From: an uncultured Thermodesulfobacteriaceae bacterium | GTDB lineage: Bacteria; Desulfobacterota; Dissulfuribacteria; Dissulfuribacterales; UBA3076 | Assembly (NCBI GenBank): GCA_964646435.1 | Contig: CAZYEJ010000002.1 | Location: 14,897 to 78,896 of the forward strand | Direction: 5' to 3' | Length of the DNA stretch: 64,000 nucleotides | In this document: positions 8,986 through 17,650 of the stretch, in pieces | Layout: every line of letters starts with the position of its first letter | Numbering within the stretch: position 1 is the stretch's first letter | Position numbers and translations under genes: made by a program | The notes under the pieces: model-generated | Told to the model about the DNA's origin: nothing | The model's database searches: none | What the model saw: the letters and a program-made list of their open reading frames with translations, nothing else

Positions 8986-9167
8986 TTTAGAGCATCCTAT
9001 ATTGTCCCACCACAATTATTGCCCAATCGCGGTGCTGACCCGCGAGCACGTCGGGTATGAGCAGGCCGGCGCGCGCAGTCGGGTCGAGTACCTTGTTCCG
9101 GCGCGTAGCGGTAGCGACGGGGCAAGGTGCTCAACGTAGCCGGCTTGCTGGGGCTCCAAATATGTGC

Positions 9168-9210
9168 TTGACAACAGCATTTTTATATGTACAATAAACT
9201 GTACAGGAGG
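9168..9210 (+). promoter_or_regulatory. yefM-yoeB promoter with a dual TGTACA operator and an SD
   Basis: TTGACA (9168-9173), then a 16-nt spacer, then TACAAT (9190-9195). Two TGTACA hexamers at 9188-9193 and 9200-9205 sit 12 bp centre to centre. AGGAGG lies at 9205-9210, before ATG 9217. Confidence 0.6.
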
Positions 9211-9216
9211 TGCTTT

Positions 9217-9468
9217 ATGGAAGCTATAACCTATACAGCCGCCAGGCAAAACCTTGCAAAAACAATGGAAAAAATATGTAAAGACCGCGCGCCGGTGATC
9301 GTAACACGTAAAACCTCTAACTCTGTGGTCATTATGTCACTTGAGGACTATGAAGCCCTTGAAGAAACGGCTTATCTCTTACGGTCACCAAAAAACACCA
9401 GGCGTTTGATTGAATCTATCGCCCAACTTGAAAACGACAAAGGGATCGAAAAGGAACTTTTAGAGTGA
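9217..9468 (+). CDS. yefM: Type II antitoxin, Phd/YefM family
   Basis: 'MEAITYTAARQNLAKTMEKICKDRAPVIVTRK...VIMSLEDYEALEETAYLLRSPKN' is a classic YefM. The start is moved to the SD-preceded ATG at 9217. Confidence 0.9.
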   Translation: MEAITYTAARQNLAKTMEKICKDRAPVIVTRKTSNSVVIMSLEDYEALEETAYLLRSPKNTRRLIESIAQLENDKGIEKELLE

Positions 9469-9719
9469 GGCTCATCTTTTCTGACCACGCCTGGGATGAT
9501 TATCTCTTTTGGCAGAAAACCGATAAAAAGGTCCTTCGTCGTATCAATACCCTCATCAAAGAAACGAAACAAAATCCATTTGAGGGTATTGGAAAGCCTG
9601 AACCACTTAAACATGCTCTTTCCGGCTACTGGTCCCGACGAATCACCGATGAACACAGGTTCGTTTACAAAGTATCTGAAAATGCAATCCATATCGCCCA
9701 GTTGCGCTACCACTATTGA
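9465..9719 (+). CDS. yoeB: Type II toxin, Txe/YoeB family
   Basis: 84 aa with 'FSDHAWDDYLFWQKTDKK...NPFEGIGKPEPLKHALSGYWSRRITDEHRFVYKV'. It overlaps yefM by 4 nt. Confidence 0.9.
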   Translation: MRLIFSDHAWDDYLFWQKTDKKVLRRINTLIKETKQNPFEGIGKPEPLKHALSGYWSRRITDEHRFVYKVSENAIHIAQLRYHY

Positions 9720-9849
9720 TCATTTTGTAGCCCCAACGTGCCGGTCACTTGCGCCAAAAAACTTTCGAAATCCTTAAAAATACCAAATCTTTTCATATAC
9801 CCGAGCAGTAACTAAAGACCCCGGTCTTTGGCGTCAAATGCACTGGATT

Positions 9850-10575
9850 GTGTACGCCCGGCATAGGCGTGAACTTATGAGGTTAAAGTCCTCTGTACGT
9901 GAACCTTGCTGCCTGATTTTGAGGTTAGCAAAAGTACTAGCCGAAGGCAAGGGCGTCGCTGTGAGGCGGGGTTCGAAGGAAGCCGGAGTACAAAGCTGTG
10001 AGCCGACGAATAGAAATGTCATATAAGGCCGAGTCTCTGGGCAAGGGTCTTGAAAAAAATAAATTGGTGGAATTCGCGTCCAGATTTGCCATAGATTTAG
10101 TCGATCTGATTGAACAAAACCGCAGGCATAACAGTGTTATGTTGAGGATTTTGCGATTGAGGATCGATTAAAGATGTGGTGAAGATGGGATGCGAAAATG
10201 CCAAATTATTTTTTCCCAGGCCCTAAGGCAGCACAACATGTCTAAGCCCTGGATTCACAGGAGATACGGTAAATGGCGCGGATTGTTCACGTTCTTATCC
10301 AGGGAGACCTGTTTTCCATGCGGCATAATGTTGTTTCCAGTGAAACTACCGGCAGGGGCTACCGGTTCCCAAATGTCCCGGCACAGATGATGGAAAACTC
10401 TGCCTCATTTGTGAGATACGAAACAAAGATGAGCAGACAGGAAATGAATAGTGCAGCGTCATGCGAAGTAATTCGTGTGGTGTGAAAGCAGGAGTCAGCA
10501 GAGGCCATAGTAGCCCAACGCCGGGGGTAATGCCACGGACATGGTGAAGGGCCGAACATCAAGGAGAAAAAGAGG
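9850..10575 (+). mobile_element. 5' portion (domains I to about III/IV) of a group II intron, class C-like; no reverse-transcriptase ORF and no domain V/VI
   Basis: It starts 'GTGTACGCCCGGCATAGGCGTG' and contains 'TTCGAAGGAAGCCGGAGTACAAAGC', 'TCATATAAGGCCGAG' and 'GTGAAAGCAGGAGTCAGCAGAGGCCATAGTAGCCC'. From memory, these parallel the Oceanobacillus iheyensis IIC intron. A hairpin at 9814-9829 lies just upstream. The end coordinate is approximate. Confidence 0.55.
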
Positions 10576-10597
10576 TATCCATGAGGTTTATTTTTTT

Positions 10598-10732
10598 CCG
10601 CGTCCCTTAATCTACAGTGTCGAAGATGATCGAGTTTCAATTCTATCCTTGATTCATGGAAGCCGGGATTTCACGACAGCCTGGGATAAAAAAGATAGGG
10701 AACTCGCTCCGCACGAAAACCGGAACCATTGA
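10598..10732 (+). pseudogene. 3' remnant of a ParE/RelE-family toxin gene
   Basis: 'PRPLIYSVEDDRVSILSLIHGSRDF' resembles the conserved C-terminus of ParE toxins. There is no N-terminal part and no antitoxin. Confidence 0.4.
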
Positions 10733-10804
10733 TTAATCGGTTAACCGATTAACAGTAAAGATCTGACATGGTCGGTTTCTACACTTATTATCACGGGAAA
10801 GGGT

Positions 10805-11707
10805 TCAGGTGCCAAGCAAGGCCATCAATTCTTCAGGATCAAGTCTTTTGCCCAGAAGACTCACTCCCCAGTGGAGATGTGGCCCTGTGGCCCGTCCGGT
10901 GGACCCGGCAAGACCAACAACCTGGCTTCGTTCCACTTCTTGTCCTTTTTTGACTTTATAACTGACAAGGTGCGCATAAAGGGTGTATAGACCTTTGCCA
11001 TGATCAAGGATAACTGTCTTTCCGCTTAGATAACAGTCTCTGGCCATGGTCACTTTTCCATAATTGGAGGCGAGGATAGGAGTACCTTCAGGGGCCCTTA
11101 AATCCACACCTGAGTGGGGGCTCCTGGGCTTATTATTAAATATCCGCCTGAATCCGAATGGACTGAGAATTTTGGAATTTACAGGCCAGATAAAAGGCCT
11201 TTTCCAGTAAAGCGTATTTGAAATCTTGTCACATGTTTCTCTTACGGCCTTCTGATCGTTTAGCACTCGCTCCAGAATTTTCGGGGGAAATTCCACCATG
11301 CGCTCCGGTACGGAAAGACGTTCTTCCGGGAAGTCTCTTGCCATTACCCGAACTTCGTGGGAGTAAAGGTCAGAGCCGTCAGGCCCCTGCCATTTGACAG
11401 TCAGGATGTGGGTTCCTGGCTTACAATCAAGACCTGCTCCAATGAGTACAAAATAATCCCGGCTGGATGGGTCAAGGTGGTATGGGATTTTTTTCCCAAG
11501 AAACTTGACATCAAGGAGATCCATTTTGTCATTTATTTTTATTGTGGCCAGCGCGATTCCTCCAAGAGGGATCTTGTCAGGTTCCATACTTACCGAAACC
11601 GGATACGATCCAGCCTCTACCTCCAGATTGCAGCTCCAGATGGGGAAAAAACACGTCATAAAAAATATGAGCAGGCATGAGAAAAATCTTAGTTTCATTG
11701 ATATCAT
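10805..11707 (-). CDS. M23 family metallopeptidase (secreted)
   Basis: 300 aa with an N-terminal signal-like segment, plus 'PHSGVDLRAPEGTPI' and 'GPHLHWGV' (the HxxxD and HxH motifs). Confidence 0.85.
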   Translation of the reverse strand: MISMKLRFFSCLLIFFMTCFFPIWSCNLEVEAGSYPVSVSMEPDKIPLGGIALATIKINDKMDLLDVKFLGKKIPYHLDPSSRDYFVLIGAGLDCKPGTHILTVKWQGPDGSDLYSHEVRVMARDFPEERLSVPERMVEFPPKILERVLNDQKAVRETCDKISNTLYWKRPFIWPVNSKILSPFGFRRIFNNKPRSPHSGVDLRAPEGTPILASNYGKVTMARDCYLSGKTVILDHGKGLYTLYAHLVSYKVKKGQEVERSQVVGLAGSTGRATGPHLHWGVSLLGKRLDPEELMALLGT

Positions 11708-11777
11708 GATGAACAGCTATCAGCTTTTAGGTATTAGTAACTTATTTGGAAAACAGCAGCAAATTAACCGCTAACAG

Positions 11778-13235
11778 CTAATCGCTTAATTCAGTTTCAG
11801 ATAGTACTTTGTCCTGGTCTTTTCCTGTGGACAACACCTTGCAGATTATAGCACCCTTTTCAGGTCTTATCAGGAGACGTTCACCTTCTGCCACCTGATC
11901 AAATCGCTTTACAAGTTTCCCCCCGGATGTCCGATAAACCAGACTGTAGCCCCTGGCAAGGACTGCAAGCGGGCTCACTGCGTTTAGCTTTCCGGACAAC
12001 GTGGCAAGGGATTGGCGTTTTCTCTCAATAGAGACCGATCCGGCCCGGACCAAACGCCTTGACAGAGAGCAGGATTCGGCTTTGGCCAGGGCAAGCTGTT
12101 TTCCCGGTTCGTGTACCACGAGCCTTTCACGCAGGTTCAGGTATCCATGGGACCAGAAACCAATTTTTTCTTGCATGATCCTCAACAGCCTGGCATTAAG
12201 GTCGTCCTGTCGAAGTCTCTGCTCCACAAGTTTTCTTCTGGGATCCTTGAGTTGATGACGGAGTAATTGAACCGCCTGCTGATTGATTTTTAACCTGTTG
12301 TAAATTGAAAGGATAATTCTCCTGGTGAGGATTGCTACCTTGTCCATCAGCTCTTCCCTGCGGGGAAAAAGGAGCTGTGCCGCTGCAGTGGGGGTGGCGG
12401 CCCTGTGATCTGCCACAAAGTCTGAAATCGTGAAATCGACCTCATGGCCTACTGCCGAGACAACAGGTATGGTACAACTGAAAATCTCCCGGGCCAGGGT
12501 CTCATCGTTGAATGCCCGGAGATCCTCAAGCGAGCCACCTCCTCGAGTGAGCAGTATAACATCACCTTTCTCAGCAACATGTTGGGCAATTCTCAGAGAA
12601 TCAATTATTTCTCCTGAGGCCCCTTCTCCCTGAACACTTGCCGGGCAGAGTACGATGTTTGCCCCTGGATAGCGTCCCTTGGCATTCCGGATAAAGTCAT
12701 GGATTGCAGCGCCGGTTGGGGATGTGATAACAAAGACCCTTTGCGGAAGCAGTAGAAGCGGCAGCTTATGCTCAGGAGAAAAAAGGCCCTCTTTTTCCAG
12801 GCGTGCCTTTAGCTGTTCAAAGGCCAGTTGAAGAGCCCCCTCTCCCTTTGGTTCAACGGTTTCCGCCACCAACTGGAGATCGCCCCTGCCGGTATAGATA
12901 TTGAGCCTCCCGAAACAGATCACGTACTGGCCGTCCTCCAGCTCAAAAGGGAGGCGGGCAGCCTGGGACTTGAACAGCACGGCCTTGATCTGGGACCGAT
13001 TATCCTTCAAGGTGAAATAGCAATGGCCTGATGAAGGCTGTCGTAAATTTGATATCTCTCCTTCCACCCACAGGATATCAAAATCGAGGTCCAATCTGTC
13101 CTGGACCTTGGCTAAAAGATCCGAGACCTGCCAGACATGTCTGACAGAAGGAGGAGATTCCCGATTAATGTCGGGAGAGATAACACCTTCCAGGGCGGAA
13201 GGGGGAAACAGATTTTTGAGGGAATCTTCTATCAT
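11778..13235 (-). CDS. xseA: Exodeoxyribonuclease VII large subunit
   Basis: 485 aa with an OB-fold N-terminus ('VEGEISNLRQPSSGHCYFTLKD'), the catalytic core and a long coiled C-terminus. Confidence 0.9.
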   Translation of the reverse strand: MIEDSLKNLFPPSALEGVISPDINRESPPSVRHVWQVSDLLAKVQDRLDLDFDILWVEGEISNLRQPSSGHCYFTLKDNRSQIKAVLFKSQAARLPFELEDGQYVICFGRLNIYTGRGDLQLVAETVEPKGEGALQLAFEQLKARLEKEGLFSPEHKLPLLLLPQRVFVITSPTGAAIHDFIRNAKGRYPGANIVLCPASVQGEGASGEIIDSLRIAQHVAEKGDVILLTRGGGSLEDLRAFNDETLAREIFSCTIPVVSAVGHEVDFTISDFVADHRAATPTAAAQLLFPRREELMDKVAILTRRIILSIYNRLKINQQAVQLLRHQLKDPRRKLVEQRLRQDDLNARLLRIMQEKIGFWSHGYLNLRERLVVHEPGKQLALAKAESCSLSRRLVRAGSVSIERKRQSLATLSGKLNAVSPLAVLARGYSLVYRTSGGKLVKRFDQVAEGERLLIRPEKGAIICKVLSTGKDQDKVLSETELSD

Positions 13236-13485
13236 GGTAATCTGGAGTATAAATGATTAATCTGTGCTAAGGAACGTACAATAAATAACTTGAACAAATT
13301 AATGTCTTTTTTGCCGTCTTCTTCGTTGCTCGTCGATCACATAACCCGTTATGCTCGCTCCTCGCGCCTTGAATACAACAAAAAATCCTGTTAATTTTTG
13401 TTCAACTTATTTCTCTCCCGTTCCTAAGTCAAAACATACCACAGCCGAACATGGGCAAAATGAGATTCCTCACGCACTGTGGATA

Positions 13486-14244
13486 TTAATCTTTTTCCTC
13501 TGGAATTGTATCAATAGAGGCAAATTTAGGTTCATGAAGCGGGAGCAGTATTTCGGCCATATCTTTAACTTTTAGCATTATGTCATATGCCTCATATGCA
13601 TTGACAAGGGTCCCGGGCGGGATAACATCCATCTCCATTGCAGTTATCTCTTTTGGGGGATAGAAGTTTTCCATGATTACACAGAATCCAGTTATGGCCG
13701 CCCGCCCTTGAGAGGTATCTATCAGTACCGTTAACCCTCCTTCCGTATGAGCCGGCGTATGGATGACACGGATACCCGGAAGAATTTCCTCACCTCCGGT
13801 TACCGTTTTGATCTGCCCGGCCTCTTCCACGTCCAGAATATAATCTTCCAGATATCGAAAATCCAGGGGATGGGGATTGTGTACTCGCTCCAGTTCTTTC
13901 TCATGCACATAGAATGTGGCGTTAGTGCACTTGTAATCGTTTTCGCAGTGATCGTTGTGTAAATGGGTATGGATAACGATGTCGATAGATTCCGGGGTCA
14001 GACCCCAGAGGCCCAGCCCTTCCTCAAATTTATAGATCTTTCCTCCAATGGATTTTTCTCTGTCCTCAGATTGCAGCGGACTCATCTCTCCCGTATCTAC
14101 CAGGACCTTCCGGTCGCCACCTTCCAGATACCAGCAATAGATAGGTATGGTATAAAGTTGTCCATAGCCATGTTGATAGGTCATCATACCTTTGTCAAAG
14201 ATCTTTGTTCCCATCACAATAGGATGTATTTTGTACTGACTCAT
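13486..14244 (-). CDS. MBL-fold metallo-hydrolase (N-acyl-homoserine-lactonase-like)
   Basis: 252 aa with 'HTHLHNDHCEN' (HxHxDH) and a later 'HTPAHTEG'. Confidence 0.7.
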   Translation of the reverse strand: MSQYKIHPIVMGTKIFDKGMMTYQHGYGQLYTIPIYCWYLEGGDRKVLVDTGEMSPLQSEDREKSIGGKIYKFEEGLGLWGLTPESIDIVIHTHLHNDHCENDYKCTNATFYVHEKELERVHNPHPLDFRYLEDYILDVEEAGQIKTVTGGEEILPGIRVIHTPAHTEGGLTVLIDTSQGRAAITGFCVIMENFYPPKEITAMEMDVIPPGTLVNAYEAYDIMLKVKDMAEILLPLHEPKFASIDTIPEEKD

Positions 14245-14270
14245 ATTTCACCTCTATAATCCCTGATTCT

Positions 14271-14322
14271 AACCTAAATTGAGCGATTAGCTGTCAGCCA
14301 TTAGCGTTTAGCTTTGAAAAAG
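14271..14322 (-). repeat. Fragment (right-end inverted repeat) of repeat family B
   Basis: 'cctaaattgagcgattagctgtcagccattagcgtttagctttgaaaa' is the reverse complement of the right end of 15627-15816. Confidence 0.7.
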
Positions 14323-14780
14323 CGTTGTAAACATAGGCATCCTTCATTCACCTCTTTACACTTTTTTTCGAAAAAGCGTGTATTGTCGAATTGAATGCCG
14401 ATGTCAAAACTGGAAATTTGAAATTAGGTAACACATCTACATCTTTAGTGTTTTTTCTAGTTTCCAGTTTCCGATTTCACTACCAAAATACAAGATCAAC
14501 AAAGTGTAAACTACTTTTAATCTGTCGTGAAGGATACCTAAACATATCTCAAATCTTCACTGTGAATAAAAGCGGCCTTTCAGAAAAAATCGGAACACTC
14601 CTTAAGCAACGAATTGCCCAAATCTCAGACATAGTCAGACTTCTTGTGAAACCAAAAAAAATAGATTGAATGGTTATCACCCAATGGCGTGAAGATGGTC
14701 AGCAGATGTAGTTGAATTTGATATTAGCTGAAAAATGTTGTAAAAAGGCGTGCACAGCAGCCTTTTGCCTTTTTCGGAAC

Positions 14781-14856
14781 TTTACCGTGAAAATACTTTT
14801 TGAATTAGCCACCCCAGTACCATCTACCGGAGCTACAGGGCAGGCAGACCCACACG
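14781..14856 (-). repeat. Dispersed repeat family D copy
   Basis: Its reverse complement 'ttcgtgtgggtctgcctgccctgtagctccggtagatggtactggggtggctaattcaaaaagtattttcacggtaaa' is nearly identical to 63795-63868. Confidence 0.8.
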
Positions 14857-15020
14857 AATACACAGACAATTCATCTGCTGGTGTGTTCACCAATGTGGAT
14901 AAGGTCTTTTGTCTGTGTTCGTCTGTGTGTGTCGAGCGAGCATAGCGAGCGGGTGGCAAATTTTCATGCTCGGGGGTGACGAAAGGCCTCATCATAAACG
15001 TTTAGTTTGGTAAATATCAT

Positions 15021-15632
15021 ATGGTCCCACCACCTGACCGCATATTGATCCAACGAACTGCAGATATAGTGCAGAAAGGTGGAGTGGTAGCCTTTCCCAC
15101 AGAGACGAGCTATGGGCTTGGGGCCTCAATAAAACACATCGATGCCCTTGAACGAATCTATATAATCAAAAAAAGGCCAAGGCACAAACCACTTTTGATC
15201 ATCATTTCAGATACTGCGGATCTCCTCCATCTGGTCAGCCGGGTTCCGCCAGCAGCAGTTACCTTGATGGAGCGCTTCTGGCCGGGTCCCTTGACCCTGC
15301 TTTTGCCGGCTAAACCCGGGCTACCATGGCCACTTTGTGCAGATACAGCCAAAGTGGGTGTAAGAATCTCCAGCCATTCATGGGCACATTCCCTGGTACA
15401 AACCCTAGGGAATCCCATGACCGCAACCAGTGCAAACCTCTCAAAACACCCCGCCACTTATAAGGCCGAGGAAGTTGCGGATCAGTTACGATCTTGTCCC
15501 CCTGACTATATACTGGACGGGGGCCCCACATCCGGAGGGGCACCATCCACGATCATCGATGTATGTACTGACCCTCCTGAAATCGTACGGGAAGGGGCAA
15601 TTAGCCCGAAATATATGGATCTGTACGGTTAG
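15021..15632 (+). CDS. tsaC: L-threonylcarbamoyladenylate synthase (YrdC/TsaC family)
   Basis: 203 aa with 'VVAFPTETSYGLGA' and 'TATSANLS', the YrdC-domain signatures. Confidence 0.85.
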   Translation: MVPPPDRILIQRTADIVQKGGVVAFPTETSYGLGASIKHIDALERIYIIKKRPRHKPLLIIISDTADLLHLVSRVPPAAVTLMERFWPGPLTLLLPAKPGLPWPLCADTAKVGVRISSHSWAHSLVQTLGNPMTATSANLSKHPATYKAEEVADQLRSCPPDYILDGGPTSGGAPSTIIDVCTDPPEIVREGAISPKYMDLYG

Positions 15633-15816
15633 CTATTAGCTGTAATGATACAGGATGTTTTAACTATTACAAACTTTTACCTTGTTGAACGCAGCTTTGC
15701 TGCCCCCTTTGGGGATTCAACAGGGTGAACCCATTGGGTGTTATTTCTGATTAACGTAATGCCCTATTTTTTCAAAGCTAAACGCTAATGGCGAACAGCT
15801 AATCGCTCAATTTAGG
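15627..15816 (+). repeat. Repeat family B copy 1 (MITE-like, about 190 bp) filling the tsaC-mltG spacer
   Basis: It aligns to 18974-19160: 'ggatgttttaactattacaaa..ttttacc', 'ttgggtgttatttctgattaacgtaatgccc' and 'atttttcaaagctaaacgctaatggc.aacagc.aatcgct'. It carries an extra internal hairpin insert, 'ccttgttgaa...ttcaacaggg'. Confidence 0.8.
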
Positions 15817-15820
15817 CAAT

Positions 15821-16888
15821 ATGCGCATAATACGTGAATTTTGGTTACCTGTTTTACTCTATTTAGTTTTTCTGTCCGGTTATCAGATCTGGAAAGAATA
15901 TACGTTGCCTGTTTCGGAAACAGGCAAAAATAAGATCATATTAATTCCCACAAGGAGCACCTTTTCCTCAGTAGCACAACAACTTAAAACAGAAGGTTTA
16001 ATCAAATCCAAGAGGGCATTTTATTGCTTGGCCTGGTGGGAAAATGCAACAACCAGAATCAAGGCAGGAGAATATGAGCTCTCTCCAACTCAAACTCCTG
16101 CAGAGATCCTGGATTGCCTGATCCAGGGAAAAATCCGCCAATATATGGTTACCATCCCCGAGGGCTATAACCTGTTTCAAATAGATGACCTTCTTGCAAG
16201 TGCAAAATTGATATCAAACGATTCATTTCTCAATGTGGCAAGAGACAAAAACATCTTAAGAACTTTGGGCATAAAGGCTGATAGCGCTGAGGGCTATGTT
16301 TATCCTGACACCTATCAATTAACCAAGGACGCCACGGCTCGTGAGATGCTCCGCACCTTCGTTAATCGTTTCTGGGAAGTATGGAATTCAGAAGGATTTA
16401 GCCGCAGAACGGAAGAATTGGATGTCGAAGTCCACGATATAGTGACCCTTGCTTCCATAGTGGAAAAAGAGGCCATGCGGTCAAGAGAAATGCCGCTAAT
16501 TGCTTCCGTATTCTGGAATCGCTTGAAAAAAAACATGCCGCTCCAGGCAGATCCAACTGTCCACTATGGAATACTTGTGGAAACCAAGGTAAAAAAGCGC
16601 CGTCTCAGGTGGAAAGATTTAAGAAAAAGGACTCCCTATAACACTTACGTAAGCAGAGGTCTTCCCAAGGGACCGATTTCAAACCCGGGCAAGGAATCCA
16701 TCATAGCGACTCTCTATCCATCAAAAAAGAATTATCTCTATTTCGTTTCACGAAATAACGGGACACATTGTTTTTCCCGGACCCTGGCTGAACACAACAG
16801 GGCCGTAAATCAATACCAACGCCGGCCTAAACACCGACCCATAAAAAAAACCCCTACTGATTCAACACAAACTACTCCCCCACTTTGA
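15821..16888 (+). CDS. mltG: Endolytic murein transglycosylase MltG (YceG family)
   Basis: 355 aa with an N-terminal TM, 'ASIVEKEA' and 'YNTYVSRGLPKGPISNPG'. Confidence 0.9.
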   Translation: MRIIREFWLPVLLYLVFLSGYQIWKEYTLPVSETGKNKIILIPTRSTFSSVAQQLKTEGLIKSKRAFYCLAWWENATTRIKAGEYELSPTQTPAEILDCLIQGKIRQYMVTIPEGYNLFQIDDLLASAKLISNDSFLNVARDKNILRTLGIKADSAEGYVYPDTYQLTKDATAREMLRTFVNRFWEVWNSEGFSRRTEELDVEVHDIVTLASIVEKEAMRSREMPLIASVFWNRLKKNMPLQADPTVHYGILVETKVKKRRLRWKDLRKRTPYNTYVSRGLPKGPISNPGKESIIATLYPSKKNYLYFVSRNNGTHCFSRTLAEHNRAVNQYQRRPKHRPIKKTPTDSTQTTPPL

Positions 16889-17120
16889 ACCACCACCCCT
16901 TTCACTTTTAATCGCCGGATAAAAATCAAAAAAACTTTTTCAAAATATTCAAGTAGATGACACTTGTTTCCGATAAAAAAATTAGAGATAATTTATATAT
17001 CTCTGGCTCAATTTTCAAGAATCATCATTTTTAAAAGCAAATTATAGAAAAAGGAAGAAAAGCACAGTTTCTATTATATAACATATTGATATTTTATGGT
17101 TAAATTATCTCTTAATTCTC

Positions 17121-17183
17121 TTGACATGCAACCATTTATTAAAATATATAGGTATATAGTGGAATAAAGTAGGACAAAGGGGT
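17121..17183 (+). promoter_or_regulatory. Putative dcw (mraZ) promoter plus three 10-bp-phased direct repeats (MraZ-box-like)
   Basis: TTGACA at 17121-17126, with an A/T-rich -10 ('atatat'/'tatata') about 17-18 nt downstream. GTGGA (17159), GTAGG (17169) and GGGGT (17179) are spaced exactly 10 bp apart, just before ATG 17191. Confidence 0.4.
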
Positions 17184-17190
17184 AAAAGCA

Positions 17191-17640
17191 ATGTTTAGAG
17201 GACGGTCGGCCCATGTCTTGGATGCCAAGGGCCGTCTTAGCATTCCAGCCCGTTTTAGAGAGTTCTTGCAGGCAAAATACGATGGCCGGTTGATAGTCAC
17301 CAACCTGCCCTCTTGCCTCGCAGCTTACCCTTTTGAGGAATGGCGAAAGATAGAAGAACATTTCAGCCGGTTCCAATTTGGACCTCCTGAAGTCGTAGCC
17401 TTTAAAAGATATTTGTTGGGAGCAGCAGCGGAGTGTTCCCTGGATGGCCAGGGGAGAATATTGATACCCTTGAAGCTCCGTGAAGAGGCGGGACTGACCA
17501 GGGATGTGGTTCTCTCGGGTATGCTTACTTATTTCGAAATATCAAACAAAGATAACTTAAACAAAGAATTGCAAAAAACGAGGGATAACTTTGACCAGTA
17601 CAGCAGCGACATCACCGCTAAATTCGGAATTAGTGGCTAG
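17191..17640 (+). CDS. mraZ: Transcriptional regulator MraZ
   Basis: 149 aa with duplicated SpoVT/AbrB-like halves: 'DAKGRLSIPARFRE' and 'DGQGRILIPLKLRE'. Confidence 0.95.
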   Translation: MFRGRSAHVLDAKGRLSIPARFREFLQAKYDGRLIVTNLPSCLAAYPFEEWRKIEEHFSRFQFGPPEVVAFKRYLLGAAAECSLDGQGRILIPLKLREEAGLTRDVVLSGMLTYFEISNKDNLNKELQKTRDNFDQYSSDITAKFGISG

Positions 17641-17650
17641 AAAGGAGACC

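Noticed and set aside
9087-9133. The long hairpin in the GC-rich insert, considered as group II intron domain V (the minus strand begins GAGC...)
   Set aside because: It is 47 nt rather than about 34 nt, with no GNRA tetraloop or 2-nt bulge geometry. It also lies upstream of, not downstream of, the intron 5' fragment.
10190-10485. Two small ORFs (66 and 70 aa) inside the group II intron remnant, considered as a possible intron-encoded protein
   Set aside because: They show no reverse-transcriptase motifs (no YADD-type block or RT domains 1-7). They lie in what looks like structured intron RNA.
13290-13405. Imperfect inverted repeat 'ttgaacaaattaa' / 'ttaatttttgttcaa' flanking about 90 bp upstream of xseA
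   Set aside because: The arms are short and AT-rich with an indel. The interior shows only loose similarity to 14930-14960. This is too weak to call an element.
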